64,000 nucleotides of DNA from Rhizophagus irregularis (taxonomy: Eukaryota). This document shows, one piece after another, positions 37,018-50,283 of this stretch. The notes below the pieces were generated by a model. It did no database searches, was not told the DNA's origin, and was given only the letters and a program-made list of their open reading frames with translations. Each line of letters opens with the position of its first letter. Within the stretch, counting starts at the first letter, position 1. The stretch lies in assembly GCF_026210795.1 (NCBI RefSeq), contig NC_089429.1, forward strand, positions 806,001 to 870,000, read 5' to 3'. The translations under genes were made by a program, and so were the position numbers.

Positions 37018-39169
37018 ATTTCAAGAAGGTTCAGAGATTATTAAATACTAGGCTTTTTTATATAACAGGTAATACAGTAACATTTTCATTTTTTCAAAAT
37101 AATGAGCACTTCTATTTATATTTTGGAATGCACCTCTGTTACGCCAATCCCGGTGACAAATAACGGGTGACAAATAAATTTTTGGTACGAAAAAATTCTA
37201 AGTCCCTCAAGTCCCTAGTGTTTTTGAACTCGTGGCTGCACGTGATCAGTGACGCGTAAACATCATGCCTTCCTATTATAGTAATGATCAGCGTAACTTG
37301 TTATTAATAATAAATCATTTCTTTTTTTGGAAATCCATTTTCGGTAACACTGAAATGAAACATGAACCCTATTTTTGTATAGTTTTTGTTTACAGGGTTG
37401 CGGAAAATAATGATAAAATCACGTGATTTGATCTTTCAATAATATTTGTAATTTTTAACCTAACACGTGAGCTATAAAATAAATAAATAAAAAGTCATAA
37501 GATCAGCTAAAAAAATTTTTTTATCCATTTTATTAAAGGATTTGCTTTTTGTGGGTGTTTTTCAACACTTTTTTTTAAATAAAATACGAATAAGAAAGGA
37601 TGGAAAGGGGGAAGGAAAGAGGAGAAGGAATGAAAGGAAATAAAATGGGAAAAAAAGGAAAGAAAGGGAAATAGCAAGTAAAAGAGGAAGAAAAAATAGG
37701 TTAAAACAAACTGCGGTAGGGCTTTTTCCCGATATGGAATTTTTTTTTTATTATTAAAGTACGTAAATTTAGCATTGTTAGCATTGTTTGCAAAGTAGAT
37801 GGTTTAATTTCTCTTATACTTATTTTTGATAAGTAATAAATAATAACTGAATTGTATCGTCAAATAATATTTTCTACATCGAAAAAATCCCTTGAATTTA
37901 ATTTTTGATAATATTTACCCACTTATTCAAGATATTTCTTTTAAAGTATTACAACTTCGAAAAAGCGTGTCATCAACGGCTTCACAAGACCGTCTGATAT
38001 CACATTGTCACATGTTTTATTCTAAATCGTTGACAAATCACAGGTTTCTACAATGTATATCAACGTCGGTCAAATTTCTACATGTTATATTGATTTAAAA
38101 AAAATAATAATAATTTTGTAAATATATTTAATATAATATTTTATTTCTTTATTTAATAATAAAAAAAGTTGAAAGAAAAAAAAATAAAAAAAAATTGGGG
38201 AAAGAAAAAGGATGAAGAAAGAAATCGGTTTAAAAAAAAGGGAAATTTCTGAAAAAAGAAATCCGAAAAAAAATAAGTACTAAAAAAAATTCAGACAATA
38301 ATTCAGTCCAAAAAGAGTGAAAAAAAAATTTTTTAAAAATAATAATACGGTCTAAAAAAAAGATCGAAAAAAAAATAATATAAAAAAAATTGGTCTTAAA
38401 AGACCGAGACAATAGGATTATTTAATAAAAAAAAAAAATTTTCAAAAATTAAATGAAATGGGAAAAGAATGAGAAAAAATAATTTTTCGGTTTAAAAAAA
38501 AAACTAAACCGAAAGAAGAAAAGGGACGAAAAATTTTTCGGTTTGAAAAAAATGAAATCAAAAAAGCTAATTAATAATCAAAAGATTAACTGTTAAAATT
38601 TCATTAACTGAAATTGGATTAGTTAATTGGAATGCACATGGATCGAATAGTTTTTAACCATAAATAGATCAGGCGGATGCATGTCATGGGTTTTAATTAA
38701 AATTATTTATCAGTTATGGAGAATAATCCAAACATCAGACAAATTTTTTAGTTATATAAATTTATCAAAAAATTTATTATAGATTTAATTACAAAATTAA
38801 AAAAACATTTTCTTGAGAATTTATTAGTCAGAAACAATATCCAAAAATCTCTAAACATCGAAAAAGCTGTATGACAGTTCTAATCATGACCGCAAATAAA
38901 ATGCAATTAATAAGAAAAATTATACTTTTTTTTGTTAGTATTAATCCATCAGAATAAAATAAATCTAGTTAAAATTTTAATTAACTGGAAATGTATTAGT
39001 TTAAAGATTGGTTATCGTATTCAGAAAAGTCAATCAAATTTCCTTATGAAATGATGATAAATACAAAACAGATCGGACGCAAGAATATCACATTTTTCAA
39101 TATTACACAATTCAAAGTATTTATACAGGGTAATCTAAATATGACAATTGTTATAATTAGATAGAAACA

Positions 39170-39500
39170 TTTTTTTCATTAAAAAAAAATAAAAAAAGTT
39201 TTAAAACGTCGAATCAGATGTTCAGTTTTTTCATTAAAAAAAAAGAATAATCATTTTTTTTAATTAAAAACGTCGAACCTGACGTTTTTCCATTAAAAGA
39301 AAAAAAAAGTTTTTTTAATTAAAAAAAACGCCAAACCAGTCGTTTTTTCATTATGATAAAAGAAAAAATAAATAACGTCATTAAAAGAAATGAAAAAAAG
39401 TTTTTTTTTAATTAAAAAAACGACAAACTAGACGTTTTTCATTAAAAGAAATAAAAAAAAATCAAACCAAACATTTTTTTTTTTCATTAAAAAACAAATA
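39170..39500. repeat. Degenerate tandem repeat (AAAACGTCGAA..GACGTTTTTCATTAAAAGAAA)
   Basis: About 5 imperfect units visible. Confidence 0.65.
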
Positions 39501-39857
39501 TAAAAAGTGTTTTTTTTTTTAGCATTTTTATATATAAATTTCAAGAAAAAATGCCAAACCACTTTCTTAATAACTTGATGCGTTATGTATGTTGCATCAA
39601 AAAGTAGACTAAATATATTTTAATAATTAATAATACAGTATAGATGGTAGTATAGGACCAACAATTCAGAAAAAAAATTGACCTAACCATTTATGTTGAG
39701 AAAATCAAATAATTTGAAAATGAATGTAAATCTATACTAAAAAGCTCAAAAATCCAATTTCCAAAAATAGCCTATTACCGAAAGCAACTACTGTATAAAA
39801 GCATCTGTCACAATCAGGCGCTACCCTGCTGCAGCACTTGCCGCGATCGCAAAAGTA

Positions 39858-40091
39858 TTATTTTTGATAGATTTTACTGTAAAATATATTATGCATATCA
39901 AGATTCTCCTGCATATCTATCAAGAATGATATTTTGCGCCGCGATCAGGCGCTACCTGCCGCTTTAGCAAAAGATAGACATGAGGTATTATTCTTGATAG
40001 ACTTTACTGTAAAATATATTATGCATATTATGCATATTATGCATATCAAGATTCTCCTGCATATCTATCAAGAATGATATTTTTGCGCCGC
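39858..40091. repeat. Direct duplication of ~85 bp upstream of the kinase
   Basis: TTTACTGTAAAATATATTATGCATATCAAGATTCTCCTGCATATCTATCAAGAATGATATTTT(T)GCGCCGC occurs twice; the second copy has ATTATGCAT x3. Confidence 0.88.
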
Positions 40092-40300
40092 TGTAACTGC
40101 TGTACCTGCTGCCGTACTTGTCGTGCTGCCGTACCTGCTGTACATGCCGTAAAATGCGGCACGCTTTTGTCAAGCACGGCTCGCCATACATGACGGGTAG
40201 ACAATATTAAAATTTTGGTGGTTGTACAACTTATTTGTTTAACCGTCTATAGAAACGTTGTTTTTTTTTGCACTTAAAAATATTTCTTTTTTTTACAAAA

Positions 40301-42710
40301 ATGTCCAATATTCGGGAAGAATTAATACGAGCAGTACTTAGTAAAGCATTTGTATTAATTGATAATAATACCCACAATGACTTTCACAAAGGACATGAAT
40401 TTATGCAACAGACAATCCTTGCTGATAATTCTCTTACAGAAGAAGAAAAAACTGAAGCAATAAGATTAAATAATAAATCTTATGACCGAGATAAAATTAT
40501 TTATAATGATGGACCAAGAAGAATTTGTGAAAATTGTAACCAAAAATGTTTAGCTACATTATATTGTGAATATTGTGTTCGAAATTATTTAAAATCTAAT
40601 TTTTTAAATTGGACTTCTGGAAATAATGTTATTGATGATTTAATAAAAAATTGTCAAATGGAAACACTTATATCAGATGTTATTATTGAATGGATCCCAT
40701 TTAATAATTTAAAAAATATTAAATACCTGACAAAAGGTGGATTCTCAGAGATTTATACAGCAGATTGGATTGATGGATACTATGAAGAATGGGATTCTAA
40801 AGAGCAACAATTAATAAGATTTGGAACTCTTGTTGTAATACTTAAAGAATTAAAAAATGTTGAAAATGCAAGTCAAGGTTGGTTTGAAGAGGTTTGTAAG
40901 TTAAAAATATTTAAGGAAATTTAAAATTTTAATCGTTAATAATATAATATTTATTATTTTTTAAAGGCTAAATCACATTTAACTTTAGGCAACAAATATC
41001 CATCTACCGTTCTATGTCATGGTTTAACACAAAATCCATCAAATGGAAATTATTTACTTGTAATGACAAAGTTTGATATGAATTTAAGAGAATATTTACA
41101 ACAAAATCATTATCAACTTACATGGAAAGAAAGAATTAGAATTACTTTCGAAATAATATATGCACTTGATCGGATTCATGAAGAAAATTCAATTCATAGA
41201 GATTTGCATTCTGGAAATATATTATATTCACAGTTTAATGATCAATGGAAAATTAGTGATCTTGGATTTTGTGGCCCTGTAGACAAACCATCAACAAGTA
41301 TATATGGAAATCTTCCTTACATAGCTCCTGAAGTTATTAGTAGAAAAGAATATACTTTTAAATCTGATATTTATAGTGTTGCAATGCTTATGTGGGAAAT
41401 TTCATTTGGACAACCACCATTTATGAATTATGAACATGATTGTATTCTTGCATTTAATATTATTGATGGTATAAGACCAAAAATTATATCAGAAATTCCT
41501 TCCGAATATAAAAGTCTAATGGAACAATGTTGGGATGCTAATCCACTAAAAAGACCTGATAGTAATACACTCTTTGATGAAATAAACGATATTAAATCAT
41601 ATTATCAAAATAAACCTGATGAACTACCTCAACAAATAATACAATTAGATAAAAAAACAAGCAATATAATGAGTAGTAAAATATTTACAAGTAAAATTTA
41701 TAATTTTAAAAATCTACCTGAACCAAAAAATGCAACAGAAGGTACGCTTTTTTAATGTTTATTAACTATTTGATTTTTTTCTTTAACATTATAATTAACG
41801 ATACCTTTTTTTAATTAAATAATAATAGAAGAACAAAAAGGTAATATAATGACAATAATGTTTTAGTATACGTCCTTTATTAATTAATAAATAGATTGAG
41901 ATAATCTCTTTTTTTTTTTAAATAGCATTTTATATCAGTAGATCATATGATTTTAGTATTTCTAGTAATTGTAAGTATTTATTAAAGAATTTTTCTAACT
42001 ATCACCGGGGTGATGATCACCGGTGACTGAAATTACAACGATCGACCAGCATTAAAAAATATAGTGCCGGTAAAAATTGATAATTCCGGCCAATGGTGAT
42101 GATCACACCCAGTAAAAATCTTTATTAAAATTATATTGAATTTTATACAATAAAATATTAAATGATTCACTTTATTATAGCTGGTAATCTTAGTAAATCG
42201 AGTAATCAATATATACCAATTAGTTCCAATGGTAATTTATTCTTATTAGTGTTTTATAGTAAATAAATACTAATTTACTGTATATCTTAATTTTAGATAA
42301 TTATAGTAAAGAATCACCCAGATTATCCAAAAAATTAAAAATAGAGAACGGTAAAGCCTTAAAATATTTATTTATATATCGATTCTAATTTTCTTATAAT
42401 ATTTTTGTTGTTTGATTTATTGATAATAGTAGACGTTCAAAATGACTACGAGAGAGAATCCATGCAACGACAATCAAATATTAGTATTAATGGTAAGTAA
42501 AATAAATTATTTAATAATGATCAGTTATTATTATTCTAATCTTATTTATATAGATGAAGTACAAAATAATCCAAATCTTCATTCAGATGAAAAAGATAAA
42601 CAAGAAACTCCCAATGGTTTGTTTATAATTTAATATTTTTAATAATATTAAAATAATAAACTATATTATATTATTTACTAATATATTTATTCTCTTTAGA
42701 TGAATTTTAA
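40301..42710 (+). CDS. TKL-family protein kinase with C-terminal micro-exons
   Basis: Exons 40301-40891 and 40967-41741, then small exons (41829-41840, 41926-41970, 42181-42231, 42297-42350, ~42430-42492, 42554-42616, 42700-42710). Motifs WTSGN, KGGFSEIY, HRDLHSGN, DLG, PYIAPE. Confidence 0.88.
42002..42113. repeat. ~115-bp dispersed repeat (copy 2), in a kinase intron
   Basis: Reverse complement of 23527-23640. Confidence 0.8.
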
Positions 42711-43308
42711 ATTAATTTGCTTGAAAACAAATTCATTTTTATTATTTTATTATTTATTTTGGAATTATTTAAACACTAAGATTAGAGTAGTAAAAAGATT
42801 CTTAGTTTGTAATTTAAATAATTCAAATATTATGTGTAAGCAAAGTATTATGTAACAACACACTAGTGTTTACAATAAAAAATTATTTATGAATTATTCA
42901 TAATTCATTTGATTATTATTTTAAATTGTATAAATTTTAATAAATATATATGAATATCTAAAATGATTATTATTCATCAAAAGCGTTAACCCATTTTAAC
43001 ACATTTGAATGCAACACATCTGGAAACCCGTTTAAGTCATATATTATTTTTGAGAATATTATTTGAATTAAAAGTATTTAAATGCTGACATTACAAGTAA
43101 AAAAAAAAAATTATTATCAGTTTTTTAAGTTTCAAACGTGATAACAAATTAAGTATAATAATACATTTGATTTCCACTATCATATAATACTTCAACAGCG
43201 GAGATTTTTAGACAAAACTTATTTTCTTTTTTTTTGTAATTTTATCCATAAAGTAATTTTTTAGGTTGAAAACTTTATACAATATATTTAGATAGTTAAG
43301 AGTAATAT

Positions 43309-43525
43309 AGGACCCCGAGCAATATATAAATAGGTCATAGGAGATTAGCAAAATTTACTATTAACTCTACGCATTTTTTCAGGGCCAATGTAAATCACCT
43401 AGTACTAAAATAAGTAATAAAATTCTGACCAACATTATTGAAAATTATCTAAGAAAGGAAAGATTTTCATGGTTATTTCTACGCGTTTATTTCTTGTTAC
43501 CTATTTCAGTATTGCTCGGGGTCCT
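43309..43525. mobile_element. 217-bp MITE
   Basis: Perfect 16-bp TIR AGGACCCCGAGCAATA; 8-bp TSD AGTAATAT (register ambiguous: 6 bp if the ends are TAGG/CCTA). Confidence 0.88.
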
Positions 43526-44559
43526 AGTAATATATATATAATATATATATACTTAGTATTACAAATAGATATCAAATATCGTATCCTTATTGATTACTCA
43601 TTACACTAGTTATTATTCGTAAGTTGTAACGAAACAGTTTAACAAAGTTATCATAAAAATAAGACTATCGTAGCATTGGTATAATATTGAGAGAATTTCC
43701 TTTTCTGATACAATAATGTAAATTATCTGAGCCTATTTATCTAAGAAATTTCTACATAGTAATAGTAATTCTTATACAACTCTTGTTTGCTTTTAATGTA
43801 AAATAAAAAAATGTCAAAAAAGAGCAAAAGGAAAAGAAATAAGCCATAAAAACATTGAATTAAGGCGCAAGAAGCCATAGATATTGAAATGTGATCCTAA
43901 TGAATTAAATAAAGGAAGGTAAAGCCGAAGATTAATTCACGTCCCATTAGAAGATTAGATGTAACGGAAAGTAAAAGGGATTGCTGCCGAAGATGTAACT
44001 TTTTTTTTTAGTAACGCGTAGTAAATAAAAAAAAAACAATACAAATTAATTTTGAGTAATATACTAATATATTTATGTAACTCACTTATTTATATTTGTC
44101 TATTTGCATTTACTTTATTTCCTATATTAACTTGCGCGTTTATTATGACAGATGGTTGCGAAGTCTCATGACTCTCGTTGTACAATCCATTGACCCCAAG
44201 ATTTCTAAGTAAAATTCCACCCCCACGTGATCGGTGATGTTTAAGGGGACGTGAAAAATTATTTTTTCACCACTAAAAATTTTCAAGTCCCCAGAATACT
44301 ACGGTGGGGTGTGACACGGGGTGACATTTTATGCAGGTCACGTGGGGTGAAAAATCTTGGTACAATCCTGCCTTACTACCTTTTCGGAAGTACTTCTTTA
44401 TTGATCGGTTGAGTTTTTGGTGTTTCTTCGTGCAAAATTCCTTGCCTATATTTATTCACTGTGTCAACCACTGCATCTTCGGTAAGCTCTTCCAATATTT
44501 TTACTTTTTCCATTTTTATTTTTTTCTCTATTAATAAAGTTATTAAAATTCTTTACTTT

Positions 44560-45266
44560 TTCTTGATGGAATTATCCAAACTCCATCGGATCCTTCCTTC
44601 TCTATTGAATCCGTGATCGCTTACTCAAACTTTCTTCATCTCTAAATTATCCATCTTTACTTTTACGTATATAAGTTTCGAGAAGATTTTCATCAATCCC
44701 AGATTCTTGTCAACATCAGGTACTTATTTATAAACGATCCATCACGAATTTTTAATAATTTCGTTTCTGACGAAAACCATCTGATATAATACGTTTACTG
44801 TCTACCTTCAAATTTAAATTGAACAGTTCGTGTTCACTTCTTCTCTATATCATACTTCTTTAAACGCATAATCGTTTTGACTGATTTAATTCAATAAATG
44901 TTTCAAAATGAGTGCAATTTTCTCACCTGACCATCTTACTAGAAAATCATGGAATAATATTTCCGACGGATCTGGTATATAAATTTCCGTGTTGATATGA
45001 AATTTGTCATCATTCTCATGCGGTTTGGATTTTGTTGCGCCTCCCGCAGCCAGCGACGAAGGTTCGAGCTTGCTTTCCCATTCTTTCTATATCGTTTTCT
45101 ATACTCTCTATATATTTCTTGCACAACTCCTTATAATTATCTCATTAACTTTTTCCTTGAACCTAGTGTTCTACATATATCTTCACATACTTGAGTTGTA
45201 TTTGTCATACGGTAAAAACTTTATCCATATCGTTAGTTAAGTTGCGTGAAGACTTCCTCTTGACAT
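44560..45266 (-). pseudogene. Degenerate Arg/Glu-rich ORF relic of unknown origin
   Basis: Coding-like stretch from ATG 45266 (QEIYREYRKRYRKNGKASSNLRRWLREAQQNPNRMRMM) with multiple stops and frameshifts; family not recognised. Confidence 0.35.
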
Positions 45267-46119
45267 TTTTAAAATTTTTATTTATAAAGTACTTAATATT
45301 TATTAACGCTCTTTCCTCAAACTCTTTCTATCGTAGATAGAACTTCATTTTTCACTTGTTATTACTTATGTTTTATAGGACTTCCCGTCTTTTTATTCAT
45401 CGATTTTTCCTTACAAAATTTTGGACCAAACGATTAACAGAAGAGTTTTTTCGCCGAGTGGCAACTTGGAACTAATTGATAGTCACGTTTTATTTATAAA
45501 CAAATCTAAATAATTGAATCTATGACACATATTTACTCTTTTAAATGGTTTTAATAAAAATTTAAGGACATGCGTTGATATTTTATATCTATATGGAACT
45601 TGTCTATCGAATAACTACTTGTCCGTGATGTGTTGGGAATGAGAAATAGTACAAATGTTGTTGATGGCAGCACCCTAGGGTAGTAATGTACTATCACGTA
45701 TACGAATATTTTGCAACTAAATTTTGAGATTGGAATCTTCGAAAACAGAAGGGTGTCATAAGCACTTGCAGGACATATAGAATTTTGCAATAAAGTTCGT
45801 AAATTAATGACATTATAATGAATATAAAAAAGTGATATAGGATTAATCTAAAAATCTATACTATAACAATCGCATTTAAATCTTCATTGTATTTAAATCA
45901 TAATCTTTTTCGCAATTTGACAAGTCAGAATCTTCCATCTCTATTTTTTCGCTTGTTTCTTTTTTTTAATAAAAAATGATAGATATATTGTTGGAAACAA
46001 TGATATTGAGTTTTGAAATTACCAGGCGAATATTTAGCCATATATCTGGTTCATGTTCCAAACATCTATTCAATTAGTTTGCAATATGAAAAACTCCAAA
46101 GAAATTATTGCTCTGAAAG

Positions 46120-46642
46120 TAGGGATGCCAACGGTCGGTTCGGTTCGGTTTCGGTTTTAAAACTGCAGTTTTCAACCAAAACCGAACCGACCGCAAAACC
46201 GACCGATAAAACTGAACTACAAAACCGATTACAAAAATACCGCAAAATCGAATAAAATAATGCCATAAAGTATCAATTATAACTTTTTGAATAATATTCT
46301 TTGAATTTATGTAATTATTTACAACAATAACGCCGATGTTGTGATTTTTTCAGAGAAACGAAAAATCACGTGATCAACGCGTAAATTCGATAATTTCAAA
46401 AATGAGAATATTATACATAAAAACACTAAAACAATAGTTTTTAATGGTATTCTCAATAAACAAAATCATTTTTTTTTTCCGGAATATATTAAAATTTACA
46501 ATTAACCGATCGGTTTTTTGATCGGTTTTTTTTATATATAAAACTGACGGTTAACCGGTCGGTCTTGGACTGAAACCGAACCGATAACCGAACCGGTAAA
46601 AACCGGTTATGATCGGTTATAACCGAACTTTTGGCATCCCTA
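46120..46642. mobile_element. hAT-type MITE (TAGGGATGCCAA)
   Basis: 12-bp TIR; perfect 8-bp TSD TCTGAAAG; AACCG/CGGTT subterminal repeats. Confidence 0.92.
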
Positions 46643-47821
46643 TCTGAAAGTGTCCGAAAACCCGGTTCAGTTCCATAATCAGTTTTTGTCCCGAGTCAGT
46701 ACATATCAAATTTTACCAAACCAGATTTGAACTAATGCATAAACCAAATGGAACAAATCAACCCAGGTCGCCCAACCTAAACTTTTCCATCTCTAAATGT
46801 CACTTAGACCAATTCAAAAAAAAAAAAAAAGTGATCGGCAATCGAAGTCATTTTTTTTTTCACTTATAAGATTTCTCTGAAAACTTTCTATCTAGTACTG
46901 CGATCTTTTTCTATTTCGAAGACTATTTTTCTTTGAGTTTACCCATGTAAAAGTTTTAAACATATACTAGTGCACATATTTGACAGAGATTTTAGAAATG
47001 AAAAAAATGATCTTCCACGATCTTTCGTGATGTAACTTTGCAAAATTTTATATAATAAAGCTCTGAAAAGCTTTTTGTGAGCATTTATTATTTATATTTA
47101 TTCATGTTTCTAAATTATATTAAAGTAAAACAGGAAGAAATTTTATTTATTCAATTGTAAGATTTTAACCTAAATGAGGTTTCCTATAATTTTAATTAAA
47201 GAAATAAATTATTTTTGACATACTTTTTAAAATCAATAAAACTAATTTAAACATTTTATAAATAATATATTGTTTAGATTTATTATAAAATAATTAGAGT
47301 TGATTGGTTTTAAGATTTAAAAAAAAAAAGATTTTTCATTTTTTCAAAATAATTTTCGTTCTAGTCACGCAATCAAAATGTGAATTTTAATTGGGTAAGA
47401 TTGCTATGTTACACTAAAATCGATATTGTCACATTTTTTTGAATCAGCGATAAATACATATTAACCTGTGCATTAGGTCGGGTCGTTATATGAATGTTAA
47501 TCTGGTTATTTATTTTATATTCAGGTCAAGTTCAAATATATCCTCAAAGCCGACCCTCTTGGAACGCTATTATATAAGAAAATGCCTCCTAATGTAATCT
47601 CAATTTTAAATTCTTTTACACAGTATACAGTTATTTATAGAAATTTTTGAATACAAAAAAGTAAAACTATAGATATATATGATATAAAATGAGATATAAA
47701 ATGTAGATTGCACAAAATAAACAAAATAATATTCTGTAAGTCTTATCCAGTTTTAGTATGTTTTCCTATTTAATTAAAAAAAAAAAGAATTTAAAATTGC
47801 CATGATATAACCCTAAGCATT

Positions 47822-50283
47822 ATAATTGTACATTTACTTACTATCGTTTTGAGTATCGATCTTTAATTCTTCAATATTACGTTTTCTTGAAGAATTTAAA
47901 GGTGCAATTGAGCTTTGAACATCGGAATTTATATTTTGTGAACTAAAATAATTAAAATAATTTTTATTTTCAAATATATATATTATTCATAATTTTTTTT
48001 AATTATAAATAGTTACCTTTGAATATTATTCATATTAATATCATTTTGTAATATATTCTAAAAATAAGCAATAAAAGATATTTACTGTAAGTTAATATAA
48101 ATATAACGATAATAAGATCATAAGTTTCATATAACCATTATAATATGATATACCTTTTGTAATATTAGATGTAACCATTGGAGATGAATCTGTAGTTGAA
48201 GATTTATAAATTAAAGAACTTAATTCTCTACTTGTATAAATTGCTTTTGAATGAGATTTTTTACTAAATCCAGGTCCAAGTTTTTTTGATCGTATTAATT
48301 CCATTCTTTTTTCTTCAGCTTGTTCAAAAATTTCTACAAATTCAGGTGCAATACCAAAACCAGCATAAATTGTATAAGAAGTTTCATCAAACCATTTTAT
48401 AACAAAACTCCAAAATTCATCAATAGTTGGTCTATTTGAAGGAATAGAGTCCCAACATTTTTTCATTAAATTAGCATAACATTCAGGAGTATCATTTGAA
48501 ATTTCAGGTCGTTTTCCATCAATAATTTCATAAACAAGTTTATAATTATGTTCGATATTAGCAAAAGGTTTACAACCTGTTGTAAGTTCCCACATAATCA
48601 TACCTAAGCTATACACATCAGATTCTTTTGAGAATTTAAAACCTTTGAATATTTCTGGTGCAATATAAGGTATTACTCCATATATTTCATTATTTGATAA
48701 GGTATTTGTAGGTTGTGATAAACCTAAATCACTAATTTTCCAATCTCCCAGTTTCATTTCATGATCTAATAATAAAATATTTCCACTATGTAAATCTCGA
48801 TGTACAAAATTAATTTTATGAATTTGCATAAGTCTAAAAAAATAAAAATAAAAAAATTTAGCAATTAAAAAATAAAATATTAAATAACAAATTAGAAATA
48901 ATATAGATACCCAAGTGAAACATAGCGTAAAATACTTAATTTGTCCTTCCATGAAACCTCTATAAAATTATTTTGCAAATAACCATGTAAATCTCCTCCA
49001 TTTGCATATTCCATTACCAACATATACTCTTTTGTTACAGGATCTTGGGTGATACCATATTAATTAATAACAGAATACCAATTGTTTAATTGATAAAGTG
49101 ATTTCAACTAAAATATAAATAAATTAAATATATAAATTAATTTTGAATAGGTTACAAGAATATAAACATATTAACCATTAAATATTACCTCATTTAAAAA
49201 ATATTTACTGATATTTTGTGAATCACGTAATTTTTTTAAAACAACATCTGTATCCTTCATACCGACTCTGTAAGTTGCTTTATAAATAATACTAAATCCT
49301 CCTTCTGCTATTTTCTCTTCATTTTCGATTTGGAAATGAGGAATCCACTTTATTTCTCATTCATCTAGTTTACTTATTAAATACAACATGTTTCTAATAA
49401 ACACATATATATTCAATGGATTTAAATTTGTATTATTATCTATATAATTAGCAATTGGCTGGAAATTATTGTAATTTAATTTTGTTGAAACAATAAATTC
49501 ATCTATAATACAATTTCCACTGATAATATTTGTAATATCAATATTAATAGGTGATATTTTTTTGCATTTAATACATTGAGTTTGATTTGTAATTCCAAAA
49601 ATAATATTTATTGTTAAACAATATCTGCATCCAGTATAAATTGTAAAGCAATGTGAACACCATTTTTGACAATACAATTCTATATTTAATTCTGACTTTT
49701 GGTGTACATATTCTAGTTTTTGTGAACATACTACACATTGATCATAAATATCCCACCATGGTAAATATAAAATCGGAATGGACTTTTTGGTTAGAGATAA
49801 TTCTACCCATCCAGAAGAAATTTGATAATAATCTGGACTATAATTGAACGATTGCAACATGATTTCACATAATTGACAGGTTGTTTTACTATGATTATTA
49901 TGAGTACAATTCCTTGATAAATAGTGATTATTAAATGATGAAGTATTTGGGATTACTTGTTTAAAGTATGAAACCTCAGAACAATATTCACACCATTCTT
50001 GAATGTTCGTTGGATCAAATCCATTTCTAGTTATTTCATGTTCAGTACACTTAACATTATTTGTAATATATATATCCAAGCATGCGTTATTGCCTGTTGT
50101 ATATCGATTATACCAGGATAGACAATTTTTGCAATAATTTTGTTCGAATTTAAGTGTTTTTGAGTGTTCGTTTCCACAATAATTACATTTATTCTCATCA
50201 TTATCAAAAGGAATAAATAAAACAGGTATAGGACTAGGGTTTAAATTTGGTGTTGGATCAAATAAATTGTTATATGTGTCCAT
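47822..50283 (-). pseudogene. Cys-rich TKL kinase with two in-frame stops (3' end approximate)
   Basis: Paralog of 29425. In-frame TGA at 49357-49359 (LDE*EIKWIP) and TAA at 49060-49062 (VIN*YGITQDP). The catalytic exon is intact (HRDLHSGN, DLG, PYIAPE). Confidence 0.85.

Noticed and set aside
46650..47570. Orphan hAT-like ends (…CGCCCAACCTA near 46779; …GGAACGCTA near 47569)
   Set aside because: No partner TIR or TSD found in the window.
49357..49359. In-frame TGA as selenocysteine or programmed readthrough
   Set aside because: A second stop (TAA) follows in the next exon and the position is not a conserved Cys, so pseudogenisation is simpler.
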